DNA from: Spirochaetia bacterium
Lineage (GTDB): Bacteria > Spirochaetota > Spirochaetia > SZUA-6 > Bin103
Length of the DNA: 64,000 nucleotides
Assembly (NCBI GenBank): GCA_965203055.1
Contig: OZ241863.1
Span: 1,984,001 to 2,048,000, forward strand
Direction of reading: 5' to 3'
Part shown: positions 30,711-40,114 of the stretch, one piece after another
Position numbering within the stretch: position 1 is the first letter of the stretch
How the letters are laid out: the number at the start of each line of letters is the position of its first letter
The notes under the pieces: model-generated
Seen by the model: the letters and a program-made list of their open reading frames with translations, nothing else
Told to the model about the DNA's origin: nothing
Databases searched by the model: none
Position numbers and translations under genes: made by a program

Positions 30711-31510
30711 TGTATCTGCGCCATTTCGCCTTCACCCGCTGGCCCTTCGCCGCCAACCTTGAATCCGACCAACTGTTCGCTTCCGCCTCCCGCCAGGAAG
30801 CCGAGGCCCGCCTGCAGCATCTGCTCCACCTCCGCGGCATCGGCCTGCTCACCGGCGAGGTCGGCTGCGGCAAGACCACCGTCTGCCGCGCCGTGACCGC
30901 CTCCCTCCATCCCGGCCTGTTCCGCGTCCTCTACGTCTCGCTCACCACCGGCAACGTCATGGACATGTACAAGTCGATCGCCTGGGAACTCGGCCTGCCG
31001 GCCGAACGCTCCCGCGCCACCGCCTACCGCGCCATCCGCTCCGAGATCACCCGCCAAGTCCAGGAAGCCCGGCTCCTGCCGGTGCTCGTCGTCGACGAGG
31101 CGCAGTTCCTGCGCACCGAGGTGCTCACCGATCTGCGCCTGTTGACCAACTACACCATGGACTCCGAACACCGCCTGTGCCTGCTGCTGGTCGGCCTCAC
31201 CGAGTTGCGCCGCCGACTCTCGATGGCGGTCCACGAATCGCTCAGCCAGCGCCTGGTCGTGCGCCATCATCTCGGCGGCCTGCAACGCCCCGAACTCGAT
31301 GCCTACCTCGCCCACCGCCTGCGCTTGGCCGGCTGCGAACTGCCGCTGTTCGAGGCGCCCGCCGCAGAGGCCTTGTTCCACGCCTCCCGCGGGCTGCCGC
31401 GGCAGATCAACCGCATCGCCCATTACGCCCTGTCGGCCACCGCCCTCGCCAACTCCCACCGCGTCACTGCCGAGCACCTGCAGCACGCCCTCGACGAACT
31501 GCGCCCCTGA
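30710..31510 (+). CDS. ExeA-like AAA+ ATPase (transposition helper)
   Basis: TGEVGCGKT, VVDEAQ, SRGLPRQIN. Confidence 0.92.
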   Translation: MYLRHFAFTRWPFAANLESDQLFASASRQEAEARLQHLLHLRGIGLLTGEVGCGKTTVCRAVTASLHPGLFRVLYVSLTTGNVMDMYKSIAWELGLPAERSRATAYRAIRSEITRQVQEARLLPVLVVDEAQFLRTEVLTDLRLLTNYTMDSEHRLCLLLVGLTELRRRLSMAVHESLSQRLVVRHHLGGLQRPELDAYLAHRLRLAGCELPLFEAPAAEALFHASRGLPRQINRIAHYALSATALANSHRVTAEHLQHALDELRP

Positions 31511-32201
31511 CCGCTGCAACCGGGGACTGCCGCCACCATTTACCCAGACCTGGTCGCACTCCCCGGCGCCCGCGCCCGGACACTGCGCACCGGCGCCAAC
31601 TCCGCACCGTTCGCTACGCCAGCGCCGGCCAGCTCAAACCTGCGTTACCATGCTGCGCGTCTTGATCCTGGCTGGCCACCGGCCCGCCGGTGTCAGCACG
31701 TCACTTCGGTGACCGCGATCACCGCCGGGCTGACCCTCACTGTCCCCATTATTTCACCTGACGGAATTATCCGAGAAATCCCGAGTCTCTCGGCGCGATT
31801 TATTCTGGGATTCCAGCCGCGAGATTATGTGAGATACAACAATGGGTGCGCGCGCTGCGCGACCTCCGGGACGAGTACCAAGCTTCGCTCGACCACCTGC
31901 CCGACCCCCTCCGGGTCCGCGCTCACTGCCAGCGGGAGGCGCTTGCGAATGGCGCCGGCGACCGCCCGCCGGCAGTTGCTCCCGCGCTACCGTCCGCCGC
32001 CACCAGCCGTTCGCAAGCGCCATCACGCCCTCCCGACCGGCGCCGATCTGACCGCTCTAGCGGACCCCGACGGCGCCTCCTGCGCCGCCGCTTCTCGTGC
32101 TTGCCAACCCACGCCCGCTTGTGCCATCGTCCCGGCCGTTGCGACACCGATTTTTCTCATCTTGATTGTCGCTCGGTTCTCATCCTGATTGTCGCGCTAC
32201 A

Positions 32202-32502
32202 GGCCGGCCCGGGAAATGGCGGGACCAGCGCTGCCACGTTCTACCCAGGTAGTGCTCCGTCACCTCGGTCTGCGGAATCGGCTGCCCGTCCAGCCGTAGT
32301 ATCGGCGGATCGAACCACCACATCTCGGGCGCGACGTCCGGATAGCCCGGCGCCAACCTGAGCAGGAGATCGGACCGGGCGGGACGCAACCCGTCCGGCA
32401 GCGGAAATCATGCAGCACGAGACAGAGCATACCGTCTTCAATTGCTTCGCTGTATCTCACTTGCCGTGCTTCGAGGCACCCCCGGTCGTCACTTGGCAAC
32501 AT
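32202..32502 (-). pseudogene. Prokaryotic E2/UBC family E protein, frameshifted about 32403 and interrupted by IS21
   Basis: MLPSDDRGCLE..GMLCLVLHDF then LPDGL..SDLLLRLAPGYPDVAPEMWWFDP...RTWQRWSRHF. Confidence 0.8.
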
Positions 32503-35473
32503 GGCCGCTCCCTCCCGGCGCCGCGACGCTACGCTTGTCGTCGCGACCGGGATTGATCTGCCGCGGCGTCGTACCCTGGTCTGCCGGCGCCCCGTGGCCT
32601 TCCTTGGGATCGGCGGATACGGCCATGGCGACCTTGGAAGCTCGCCGGCGCTCGATCTCCTTGATGATGTCCTCGGCAACCTCCATCACTTCCGCCGGCG
32701 CTCGAACCTGCTCCCCCAGCTCCTTACGCAAGGCGACTACGAGAGGCCTCAACTTGGTGCACTTATCGTTGTCCATCAACAGAATATCAAGCACGTCACG
32801 TTGCTGCGCTTCAGTGGCCAATCCAATCACGACTTCCTGTATGTGAAGCATGATCATTTCACCGACAACTGAGGACCCAGTATACCCGGCGTGAAATGAG
32901 ATTATGGCAGCACGGAAGTCTCCCTGTTTGGTCAGCACCCTAGCCTTATTGAACAGAGCCACTGCTACAGGTTCCTGAATATCACACAGCTCACTCTCTC
33001 CATATCTATCGACCAGTTCGTCGTAAACGTCTATCGCATCCCTGTCCGCTCCCTGCCGCGATAGTTCAACTCCCTTGTTGAACAACGCTTTCGCGATCTG
33101 CTCACAGACTACAGATTCCTCACTTTCTCCATATCGGTCGAATAGTTCGTCGTAGACTTTAATCCCGGCCTCATGCGCACCCTGTCGCCATAGTGCAAGT
33201 CCCTTGTTCATCATTGCCATCGCCACCGACTTCTGAACTTTGGGTATGTCACTTGCTCCATATCGGTCGACCAGCTCGTCGTAGACTCTAGTCTCGGCCT
33301 TGTGGTCACCCAGCCACGATAGTTCAGATCCCTTATTTACCATCGCTTTCGCGACCACCTCCTGAACTTCAGGTCTATCACTTACTCCATATCGGTCGAC
33401 CAGCTCGTCGTAAACATTAATCCCGGCCTCACGCCCACCTTGTCTCGATAGCCCAACGCCCTTGTTGAACAACGCATTCGCGACCACCTCCTGAACCTCC
33501 GGTCTATCACTTACTCTATATCGTTCGACTAGTTCATCGTAAACCCTCATCGCAGCCTCGTGGTTACCCTGTCGCCATAGTTCAACTCCCTTGTTGAACA
33601 ACGCATTCGCGACCACCTCCTGAACCTCTGGTCTATCACTTACTCTATATCGTTCGACTAGTTCATCGTAAACCCTCATCGCAGCCTCGTGGTTACCCTG
33701 TCGCCATAGTTCAACTCCCTTGTTGAACGTCCCCTTCGCCACCACCTCCTGAACCTCTGGTATGTCACTTGCTCCATATCGTTCGACTAGTTCATCGTAA
33801 ATCCTAATCCCATCCTCGTGCTTGCCCTGCTGCCGTGATAGCTCAGCTCCCTTGTTGACCATCGCCTTCGCGATCTGTACATGAACTACAGATTCCTTAC
33901 TATCTCCATATCGTATAGCTAGCTCTTCGTAAACCTTAATCGCGGCCTCTCGCGCGCCCTGTTGCTCTAGTGTAGCTCCTTTATTGAACAGCGCCTTCGC
34001 CACCTGCTCTTGTATTTCATGCACATCACTGTCTCCATATCGTTCCACCAGTTCATCGTAGAGCTCAAGGGCGGCCGTGTTTTCCCTCCGGTTGGAATGT
34101 ATCAACGCTCTATCAAAAAGTGTCCGAACGGTGATCATGTGAGCCGATTTCGATTCTTCATCGATGCTTGGCTGTGAGAAACTGGAGAACAGTTCTGCTA
34201 TACGAGGATCTTCGGCGCCGGCACGTTCGATTCCTTCTCGAATGGATGGTTCTTGAGTTGCCTCTATGCTGACCTTATCGATCGTATCTTCCAATTCAGC
34301 TCCGCTGTAGAATGCGGTCATGAAGCGAATCAGATTTTGTATGACCGCGGCCTCGTCGCGCTGCCGGCGCAGTTTGTAGTAGATGCTGTAAAGGCGCTCC
34401 GCGGCGGCGTACCACCGCTTTCTGCCGCTTCCTTCGACGCTGATCGCTCCCCGGTTGGCGAGCCTGCCGAGCATAGCGGATACGGTTCGGACGTCCAGGC
34501 GGGATCGTGCCGTGATTTCGGCGGTGCTCGACGGCTGCCAGAGATCGATTACCGCGAGATAGACGCGGCGTTCGGTCTTGGCGATGCCCTGCAGGTGGCT
34601 GCGGAAATATTCGGTATGATCGTCGATCAACGTCACCAGCTCCTCCATCAACTGGCGCAGCGACCGGTGACGCGCGAACTCGGCCACGATGACCAGAAGG
34701 CGCGGGTTGCCGCCGGTGAGTATCTGCAGCGGCCTGATCTGGCGCTCGATCACGTCGTCGCCGCTGACCACCTGCCACAGACGCCGGCACTCTCCGGTAT
34801 CCAGCGGCTCAAGGCGGAGGGTGCGGAACAGTTCGAAGAACGGCTGCTCCGGATCGTCAAGCGCCTCGAACCGACTGGTGGCGGTGGCGAGAAGCATGAT
34901 CTGCGGTTCCGTCTGCAGCACCGCCCGCAGCTTCCATCCGAAGTCGTCATCCACGTCCCCGCAGAGGTCCTGCAGGTTCTCGACCATGAGCACGAGCTGT
35001 CGCCCCAGCCGGTCCGCCGTGTCCAGCACCGTGGATCGGGCGCGCAGATCGAGATCATCGCCTCGCCACCGAGCAGCCAGATCTTCGTGCGCCGCGCGCA
35101 ATTCCTGAGCCATGGCCGAATCGCTCTTGGAAATCTCCGCTGCAAGATGAAACAAGGCTTCGAGCCAAAAGTCGCCCGAATCCAATATCTCCTGGCTCTC
35201 TTCCATGAACCGCACCGGCAACAGCCGCTCGGCGAGCGCGCTGCGGGCGCGCAGCTCGGCGGCGACGCGCGCCAACAGCATCGTCTTGCCGCGTCCGCGC
35301 GGCGCGACGAGCAACGTGTGCTGACACGACGGCGCATCGAGATTGTCGTTCAGAACTTCGAGTACGATAGCCAGTTCGCGTTCCCGGACCACGAACTGGC
35401 TGATCACTTCCGCATCGGATTGGAACGTTCCGGGATTGAACTTGCGAATCGTCCGCTCGGATGGCTTGGTCAT
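32489..35473 (-). CDS. P-loop ATPase + winged helix + 43-aa TPR-like repeat protein (STAND-like architecture)
   Basis: APRGRGKT, LMVENLQD, LTGGNPRL; about nine ALFNKG..YDELV.RY repeats. Confidence 0.88.
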   Translation of the reverse strand: MTKPSERTIRKFNPGTFQSDAEVISQFVVRERELAIVLEVLNDNLDAPSCQHTLLVAPRGRGKTMLLARVAAELRARSALAERLLPVRFMEESQEILDSGDFWLEALFHLAAEISKSDSAMAQELRAAHEDLAARWRGDDLDLRARSTVLDTADRLGRQLVLMVENLQDLCGDVDDDFGWKLRAVLQTEPQIMLLATATSRFEALDDPEQPFFELFRTLRLEPLDTGECRRLWQVVSGDDVIERQIRPLQILTGGNPRLLVIVAEFARHRSLRQLMEELVTLIDDHTEYFRSHLQGIAKTERRVYLAVIDLWQPSSTAEITARSRLDVRTVSAMLGRLANRGAISVEGSGRKRWYAAAERLYSIYYKLRRQRDEAAVIQNLIRFMTAFYSGAELEDTIDKVSIEATQEPSIREGIERAGAEDPRIAELFSSFSQPSIDEESKSAHMITVRTLFDRALIHSNRRENTAALELYDELVERYGDSDVHEIQEQVAKALFNKGATLEQQGAREAAIKVYEELAIRYGDSKESVVHVQIAKAMVNKGAELSRQQGKHEDGIRIYDELVERYGASDIPEVQEVVAKGTFNKGVELWRQGNHEAAMRVYDELVERYRVSDRPEVQEVVANALFNKGVELWRQGNHEAAMRVYDELVERYRVSDRPEVQEVVANALFNKGVGLSRQGGREAGINVYDELVDRYGVSDRPEVQEVVAKAMVNKGSELSWLGDHKAETRVYDELVDRYGASDIPKVQKSVAMAMMNKGLALWRQGAHEAGIKVYDELFDRYGESEESVVCEQIAKALFNKGVELSRQGADRDAIDVYDELVDRYGESELCDIQEPVAVALFNKARVLTKQGDFRAAIISFHAGYTGSSVVGEMIMLHIQEVVIGLATEAQQRDVLDILLMDNDKCTKLRPLVVALRKELGEQVRAPAEVMEVAEDIIKEIERRRASKVAMAVSADPKEGHGAPADQGTTPRQINPGRDDKRSVAAPGGSGHVAK
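33461..33728. repeat. Near-perfect 129-bp tandem duplication in the TPR array
   Basis: Copies start at 33461 and 33590, one mismatch seen. Confidence 0.9.
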
Positions 35474-36711
35474 GAGCTACCCACCCCCGGCGCCAGCAGA
35501 CGTCTTTCGACCGGTACGTGGTGATCCCGGAAGCGGGCTGCCCACCAGTCCTTCAGCAACCGGGACGGGAAGCGGTAGCCGTCGGCGGAGGATTCTAGGT
35601 AACCGTCGTGAACCAGCACATCGAATGCCTCGGTCACGCAGCCCGGCGCATCGTCGACCACCTGGGCGTATATCCGTTCCAGGCAGCGTCGAGCGTCCTC
35701 CGTGAACACCCCCTGCGTGGCGGCTTCGGCGAGTATCTCCATCGCTACGCGGAAGCTGTCTTCATCCAGCCCATCCTTAAGGCGCGTCTGGTAATGCATG
35801 AGGTCGTTCTGCCCCGACGGTCCGAGCATATCGGTATGATAGACCTTATCGACATCGTCCGCCGTCACTCGGTCCTTGCCCTGCATGACAGTGAACTCGT
35901 GCAGCCTTACGAAGAACGACTGGACATGGTGAGGGATGCCAATACCGAGGGCGTCGTACACCGCATTCGCCACGCCGTCATCCACTCGGAGTCCGTAGCT
36001 CTCGGCGAGGCGCTCAAAGCACTCGATGCTGACGTTGCGATTCCACGGTCCCAGGCGAAACGGATAGAGATAGTTGATACGGTCGGACATACCGAGCCGC
36101 TGCATGAGCGGCTCGAGACCGATGCTGCCGGAGACGATCAGGACCGGCGAGCCCTGGAATCCCTGCATCACGGCACGCAGCCAGCTTAGAAACTCGTCGA
36201 CTCGACGTGCATGGCGGTCGTCGCGGAGCATCCGCTTGAGGAGTATCGGCAGCTCGTCGATGACCAGGAGCACCCGCTTGTCGTGTTTGGCACAATCGTC
36301 GATGAGCCGCTTCCCTTGGCGCCGCCACGTTCCAGGATTCAGCCCCGCTCGAAGCTTCACCCGAAAACCTCGTGCACTGAGCTCTTCCACCTGCTCGCCG
36401 AACCAGCGCTTCATGGTGGCACCCAGGCGTGAGAAGATCGGACGGATCGGATACGCCGCCGTAGCGATAGCCGCAATCGCGTCCTCCGCCGTACAGGCAG
36501 TGCCCTCGATGTCGGCAAAAAGGAACACCCAACCCTGGATCTCAAGCCGTCGGCCCAGTTCCTGGGTCACGCTGGTCTTGCCCATGCGCCGTTGGCCGGT
36601 CAGCAGCACGTGGTTGCCGTCACGGACCAGCGTTTCCAGTATCTGTAACTCCTTATCCCGGTTGAAGAAAAAGTCGTCGCCGCTGACCGGGCGGCCGGTC
36701 GATGCTTTCAT
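35470..36711 (-). CDS. AAA/archaeal-type P-loop ATPase, coupled upstream of the ATPase-TPR gene
   Basis: FFNRDKE, TGQRRMGKTS, LVIDELP, SGSIGL; ATGA overlap at 35470-35473. Confidence 0.88.
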   Translation of the reverse strand: MKASTGRPVSGDDFFFNRDKELQILETLVRDGNHVLLTGQRRMGKTSVTQELGRRLEIQGWVFLFADIEGTACTAEDAIAAIATAAYPIRPIFSRLGATMKRWFGEQVEELSARGFRVKLRAGLNPGTWRRQGKRLIDDCAKHDKRVLLVIDELPILLKRMLRDDRHARRVDEFLSWLRAVMQGFQGSPVLIVSGSIGLEPLMQRLGMSDRINYLYPFRLGPWNRNVSIECFERLAESYGLRVDDGVANAVYDALGIGIPHHVQSFFVRLHEFTVMQGKDRVTADDVDKVYHTDMLGPSGQNDLMHYQTRLKDGLDEDSFRVAMEILAEAATQGVFTEDARRCLERIYAQVVDDAPGCVTEAFDVLVHDGYLESSADGYRFPSRLLKDWWAARFRDHHVPVERRLLAPGVGSS

Positions 36712-36721
36712 CGGAGTCTCC

Positions 36722-36760
36722 TTGAGTCAACAATATAGCTGTCAATGAAAACGTTGTCAA
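36722..36760 (-). promoter_or_regulatory. Promoter TTGACA-17-TATATT overlapped by three TTGAC boxes at 15-nt period
   Basis: GTCAA at 36726, 36741, 36756 on +; -35 at 36755-36760, -10 at 36732-36737; RBS AAGGAG. Confidence 0.7.
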
Positions 36761-36858
36761 CCATTTCGCTGACTGACTATTCGCGCCTGTACCGACAACG
36801 TAGGCGGGGATAGGACGAAGGTGCCGCAGGCGGTGGTTTGGGACGCTACCGCGGCGAA

Positions 36859-37500
36859 TCAGACATTGAACGGGGATTCCCAGATGGGGGTGAGTTGCAG
36901 GACGAAGCCGGGCAGCACCGGGTCACCGGCGACTGCCGACGGATGGTCGAGGTGCTCCACGGCGCCGTCTGCGTGGTAGACGAGAAGCTGCCTGCGGTCA
37001 GGCAGAATCAGCCAGCCCAGCCGGGCGCCGTTGTTGCGGTACTCCTCCATCTTGCGTTGGAGGGCCGGCACGGAATCGGACGGCGAGGCGATCTCGACCA
37101 CGAAGTCGGGACACAGCGGCAGGAACTTCCTGCCCCACTCCGCCACGATCGGCGCGAGGCGGGAATGCGCGGCCCAGGCCGCATCCGGCGACCGTACGGC
37201 GCCGTTGGGAAGCTCGAAGCCGGCGGATGAATCGAACGCCGCACCGGAGCGATCCTGGTCCGCCCAGCGCAGCAGCTCGGCAATCAGGCGGGCGTTGCGG
37301 GCGCTCGTCTCGCCGCCGGTGGGGGCCATTATCTCAATGTCTCCTGCGTCATTACGCTCGATCGCTACATCCCGGTTCAATTGGCAGAGTTGATAGAACT
37401 GATCGCGCGTGAGGTCGATCGCCGGGCGCAAGCGCAGCACCAACCGCGCCCCGGCCGGCCGCGCAACGTCGAGCTGCTGACTGGCCATTGCCACCGCCAT
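36859..37500 (-). CDS. Uma2 family PD-(D/E)XK endonuclease (start may be 37494 or 37488)
   Basis: FDSSAGFELPNGAVRSPDAAW, PLCPDFVVEIASPSD, KMEEYRNNGARLGWLI. Confidence 0.93.
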   Translation of the reverse strand: MAVAMASQQLDVARPAGARLVLRLRPAIDLTRDQFYQLCQLNRDVAIERNDAGDIEIMAPTGGETSARNARLIAELLRWADQDRSGAAFDSSAGFELPNGAVRSPDAAWAAHSRLAPIVAEWGRKFLPLCPDFVVEIASPSDSVPALQRKMEEYRNNGARLGWLILPDRRQLLVYHADGAVEHLDHPSAVAGDPVLPGFVLQLTPIWESPFNV

Positions 37501-37622
37501 ACGCTACCTCCGGCGCCGCGCGCGGTCAAACGCGCCGAACCGACGCGCGAGTTTGACGTTGCCGCGGGCGGCGGCCACATTGACGACGGCATGAGTATCG
37601 TTGGCCGGCGAGATCGTTGGCG

Positions 37623-39206
37623 ATGACCGCGGACCGCTTCTTCTGCACCGAAGGCCCGATCAAGCCGGAGCGCCATTACCACGTCCCGCCGCTGGGACGC
37701 ATCGACCTCGACGGGGTTCTGCGCCTGATCGGCCAGTGGCGCTACTTCGTCCTGCATGCGCCGCGCCAGACCGGCAAGACCACCGCGCTGCTGGCGTTGC
37801 GCGACGCGTTGAACGACGGCGGCGAATGTCACTGCGTCTACGTGAACGTGGAGATCGGGCAGGCGGCCCGCGACGACGTGACCGCGGCGATGCGGGCGAT
37901 TCTGGACCGGCTGTCGGTGGAGGCCGAGCGCACGCTGGGAGACGGCTCGCTGGCCGGCATCTGGCCGGCGGCCCTGGCAACGGCGGGCGGCCTGGGCGCG
38001 CTGCTGAAGGCGCTCACCCTCTGGGCGGAGACCGCTCCCAAGCCTCTGGTGCTGCTGATCGACGAGGTCGACTCGCTGGTGGGAGACACGCTGATCGCGG
38101 TGCTCCGGCAACTCCGCAACGGCTACCCCGACCGGCCGCGGCGGTATCCCCAGAGTGTGATTCTGTGCGGCGTGCGCGACGTGCGCGACTATCGGATTCA
38201 ATCGACCCGGGAGCAGGCGGTCGTGACCGGCGGCAGCGCCTTCAACGTCAAGGCGGCGTCGCTGCGGCTAGGCGACTTCTCGTACGACGAAGTCCGGCTG
38301 CTGCTGGCGCAACATACCGCGGCGACCGGGCAGCCGTGGGCGGAGGAAGCGGAGCGCCGCATCTGGTCGCTTACCAACGGGCAGCCCTGGCTGGTCAACG
38401 CGCTCGCGCAGGAGGCGGTCGAGCGCCTGCCCGACTGCGCCCGCGGGCGGCCGGTGCCGGTGGCGGCGGTCGAGGAGGCGCGCGAACGGATCATCCTGCG
38501 CCGCGACACGCACCTGGACCAGCTCGCCGACAAGCTCGCCGAACCGCGCGTGCGCGGCGTCATCGAGTTGCTCCTCAGCGGCGGCCAATCCGCCGCCGAC
38601 CTGCCGCGCGACGACCTGGAATACGTCCGCGACCTGGGGCTCATCCGGATCGAAGGGGGCGTAGCGATCGCCAATCCGCTCTACCAGGAGGTGATCCCGC
38701 GCGAGCTCACCTACACCACCGAAGCGACGCTGGCCGCCGACGCGGCGTGGTACGTCGAGCGCGGCGGACGCCTGCAGGCGGACAGGCTGCTGGCGGCGTT
38801 CCAGGAGTTCTTTCGCGAGCACTCCGAGCACTGGGTCGAGCGGTTCCAGTACCGGGAGGCCGGGCCGCAGTTGCTGCTGCAGGCGTTTCTGCACCGCATC
38901 GTCAACAGCGGCGGCCGGATCGAACGCGAGTACGGCCTGGGCCGCATGCGGACCGATCTGCTGATCGTCTGGCCGGCCGGCGCCGCCGTGCAGAAGATCG
39001 TGATCGAGTGCAAGCTGCTGCACGGCAGCCTGGAACGGACGCTGGCGAGCGGGCTGACGCAGACCCGCGCCTATCTCGACCGCTGCGCCGCCGGCGAGGC
39101 CCACCTGGTCATCTTCGACCGCACCGCCGGCAAGCCCTGGTCCGCCAAGCTGTTCCGGCGCCGCGAAACCGCCGGCGGCCCGCCCGTCACCGTATGGGGA
39201 ATGTAG
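37623..39206 (+). CDS. AAA ATPase with C-terminal PD-(D/E)XK nuclease-like domain
   Basis: HAPRQTGKT, LLIDEVD, TNGQPWLVN; GGRIEREYGLGRMRTDL..VIECK. Confidence 0.88.
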   Translation: MTADRFFCTEGPIKPERHYHVPPLGRIDLDGVLRLIGQWRYFVLHAPRQTGKTTALLALRDALNDGGECHCVYVNVEIGQAARDDVTAAMRAILDRLSVEAERTLGDGSLAGIWPAALATAGGLGALLKALTLWAETAPKPLVLLIDEVDSLVGDTLIAVLRQLRNGYPDRPRRYPQSVILCGVRDVRDYRIQSTREQAVVTGGSAFNVKAASLRLGDFSYDEVRLLLAQHTAATGQPWAEEAERRIWSLTNGQPWLVNALAQEAVERLPDCARGRPVPVAAVEEARERIILRRDTHLDQLADKLAEPRVRGVIELLLSGGQSAADLPRDDLEYVRDLGLIRIEGGVAIANPLYQEVIPRELTYTTEATLAADAAWYVERGGRLQADRLLAAFQEFFREHSEHWVERFQYREAGPQLLLQAFLHRIVNSGGRIEREYGLGRMRTDLLIVWPAGAAVQKIVIECKLLHGSLERTLASGLTQTRAYLDRCAAGEAHLVIFDRTAGKPWSAKLFRRRETAGGPPVTVWGM

Positions 39207-39295
39207 CGCCCGCGCACCGGAGACCGGATAATGGCGCGTATCATCTCGGCGCGGCCGGCCACCAGGCACGAGCGGCGCCAGTTTGAATCAGGCAG

Positions 39296-40114
39296 ATGAA
39301 ACGAGAGTACGACTTTTCCAAGGGCGAGCGCGGCAAGTTCTACCATGAGGGCGCCACGCTGAACCTGCCGAGTTCCACCCGACAGCCTCCCTGGGCCCAC
39401 GACGAGAGACCGATCGTCCGCTTCATCACGGACGAAACCGGGAAGACCCTCCGGGCCTATCGCGAGCAACCGAGTCTGGTGACCGAGCACGCCAACCTCG
39501 AGCACGATACGGCTCATGGCGCCTACGCCCATCGGCAGATATTCGAGCTGGTCCAGAACGGAGCGGATGCGCTGACTCACTCGGACGGCGCGAGCATCCT
39601 GGTGCGCCTGACCGGGGAGTACCTCTACTGCGCCGACGACGGAAAGCCGATCGACGAAGCCGGCGTTCGAGCGCTCATGTTCTCCCACGTGTCGCGCAAG
39701 CGGGACACGAGCGAGATCGGACGGTTCGGACTTGGCTTCAAGTCGGTGCTGGGCGTCACGGACGCGCCCGAGTTCTACAGTCGTTCCGGTTCCTTCCGGT
39801 TCGACCGACACGATGCGGCGCGGCGCATAGCGGAAGTCGCGCCCGCGGAGCGCTATCCGGTGCTCCGATTACCCGTTGCCGTTTACGCTCACAAGGCATC
39901 GCAGGACGACGAAGACCTGCGCGAGATGATGACGTGGGCCACGAACATCATCCGCCTGCCACTCAAACCAGGCGCCCGGGAAGACTTGTCCGAGCAACTC
40001 ATGGCGTTTCCACCGGAGTTCCTGCTGTTCGTCGATCACGTCCGCCATCTGACCCTCGAAGACGGGGAGCGTTCCCGTGATTTGTCTCATGACTCGGTAG
40101 CCGCGTGCCGCTGA
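39296..40114 (+). pseudogene. Sacsin-like GHKL ATPase N-terminal fragment with antitoxin-like leader; truncated
   Basis: ELVQNGADA, ADDGKP, IGRFGLGFKSV; leader MKREYDFSKGERGKFY; stops just after the GHKL region. Confidence 0.7.

Larger units (their letters stand above)
28453..31841 (+). mobile_element. Three-gene Mu/Tn552-like transposon (Cys/His protein, DDE transposase, ExeA-like ATPase) with 5-bp TSD
   Basis: Ends TGTTGGATCCCACAT / rc TGTTGTATCTCACAT; ATGGG duplicated at 28448-28452 and 31842-31846. Confidence 0.9.
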
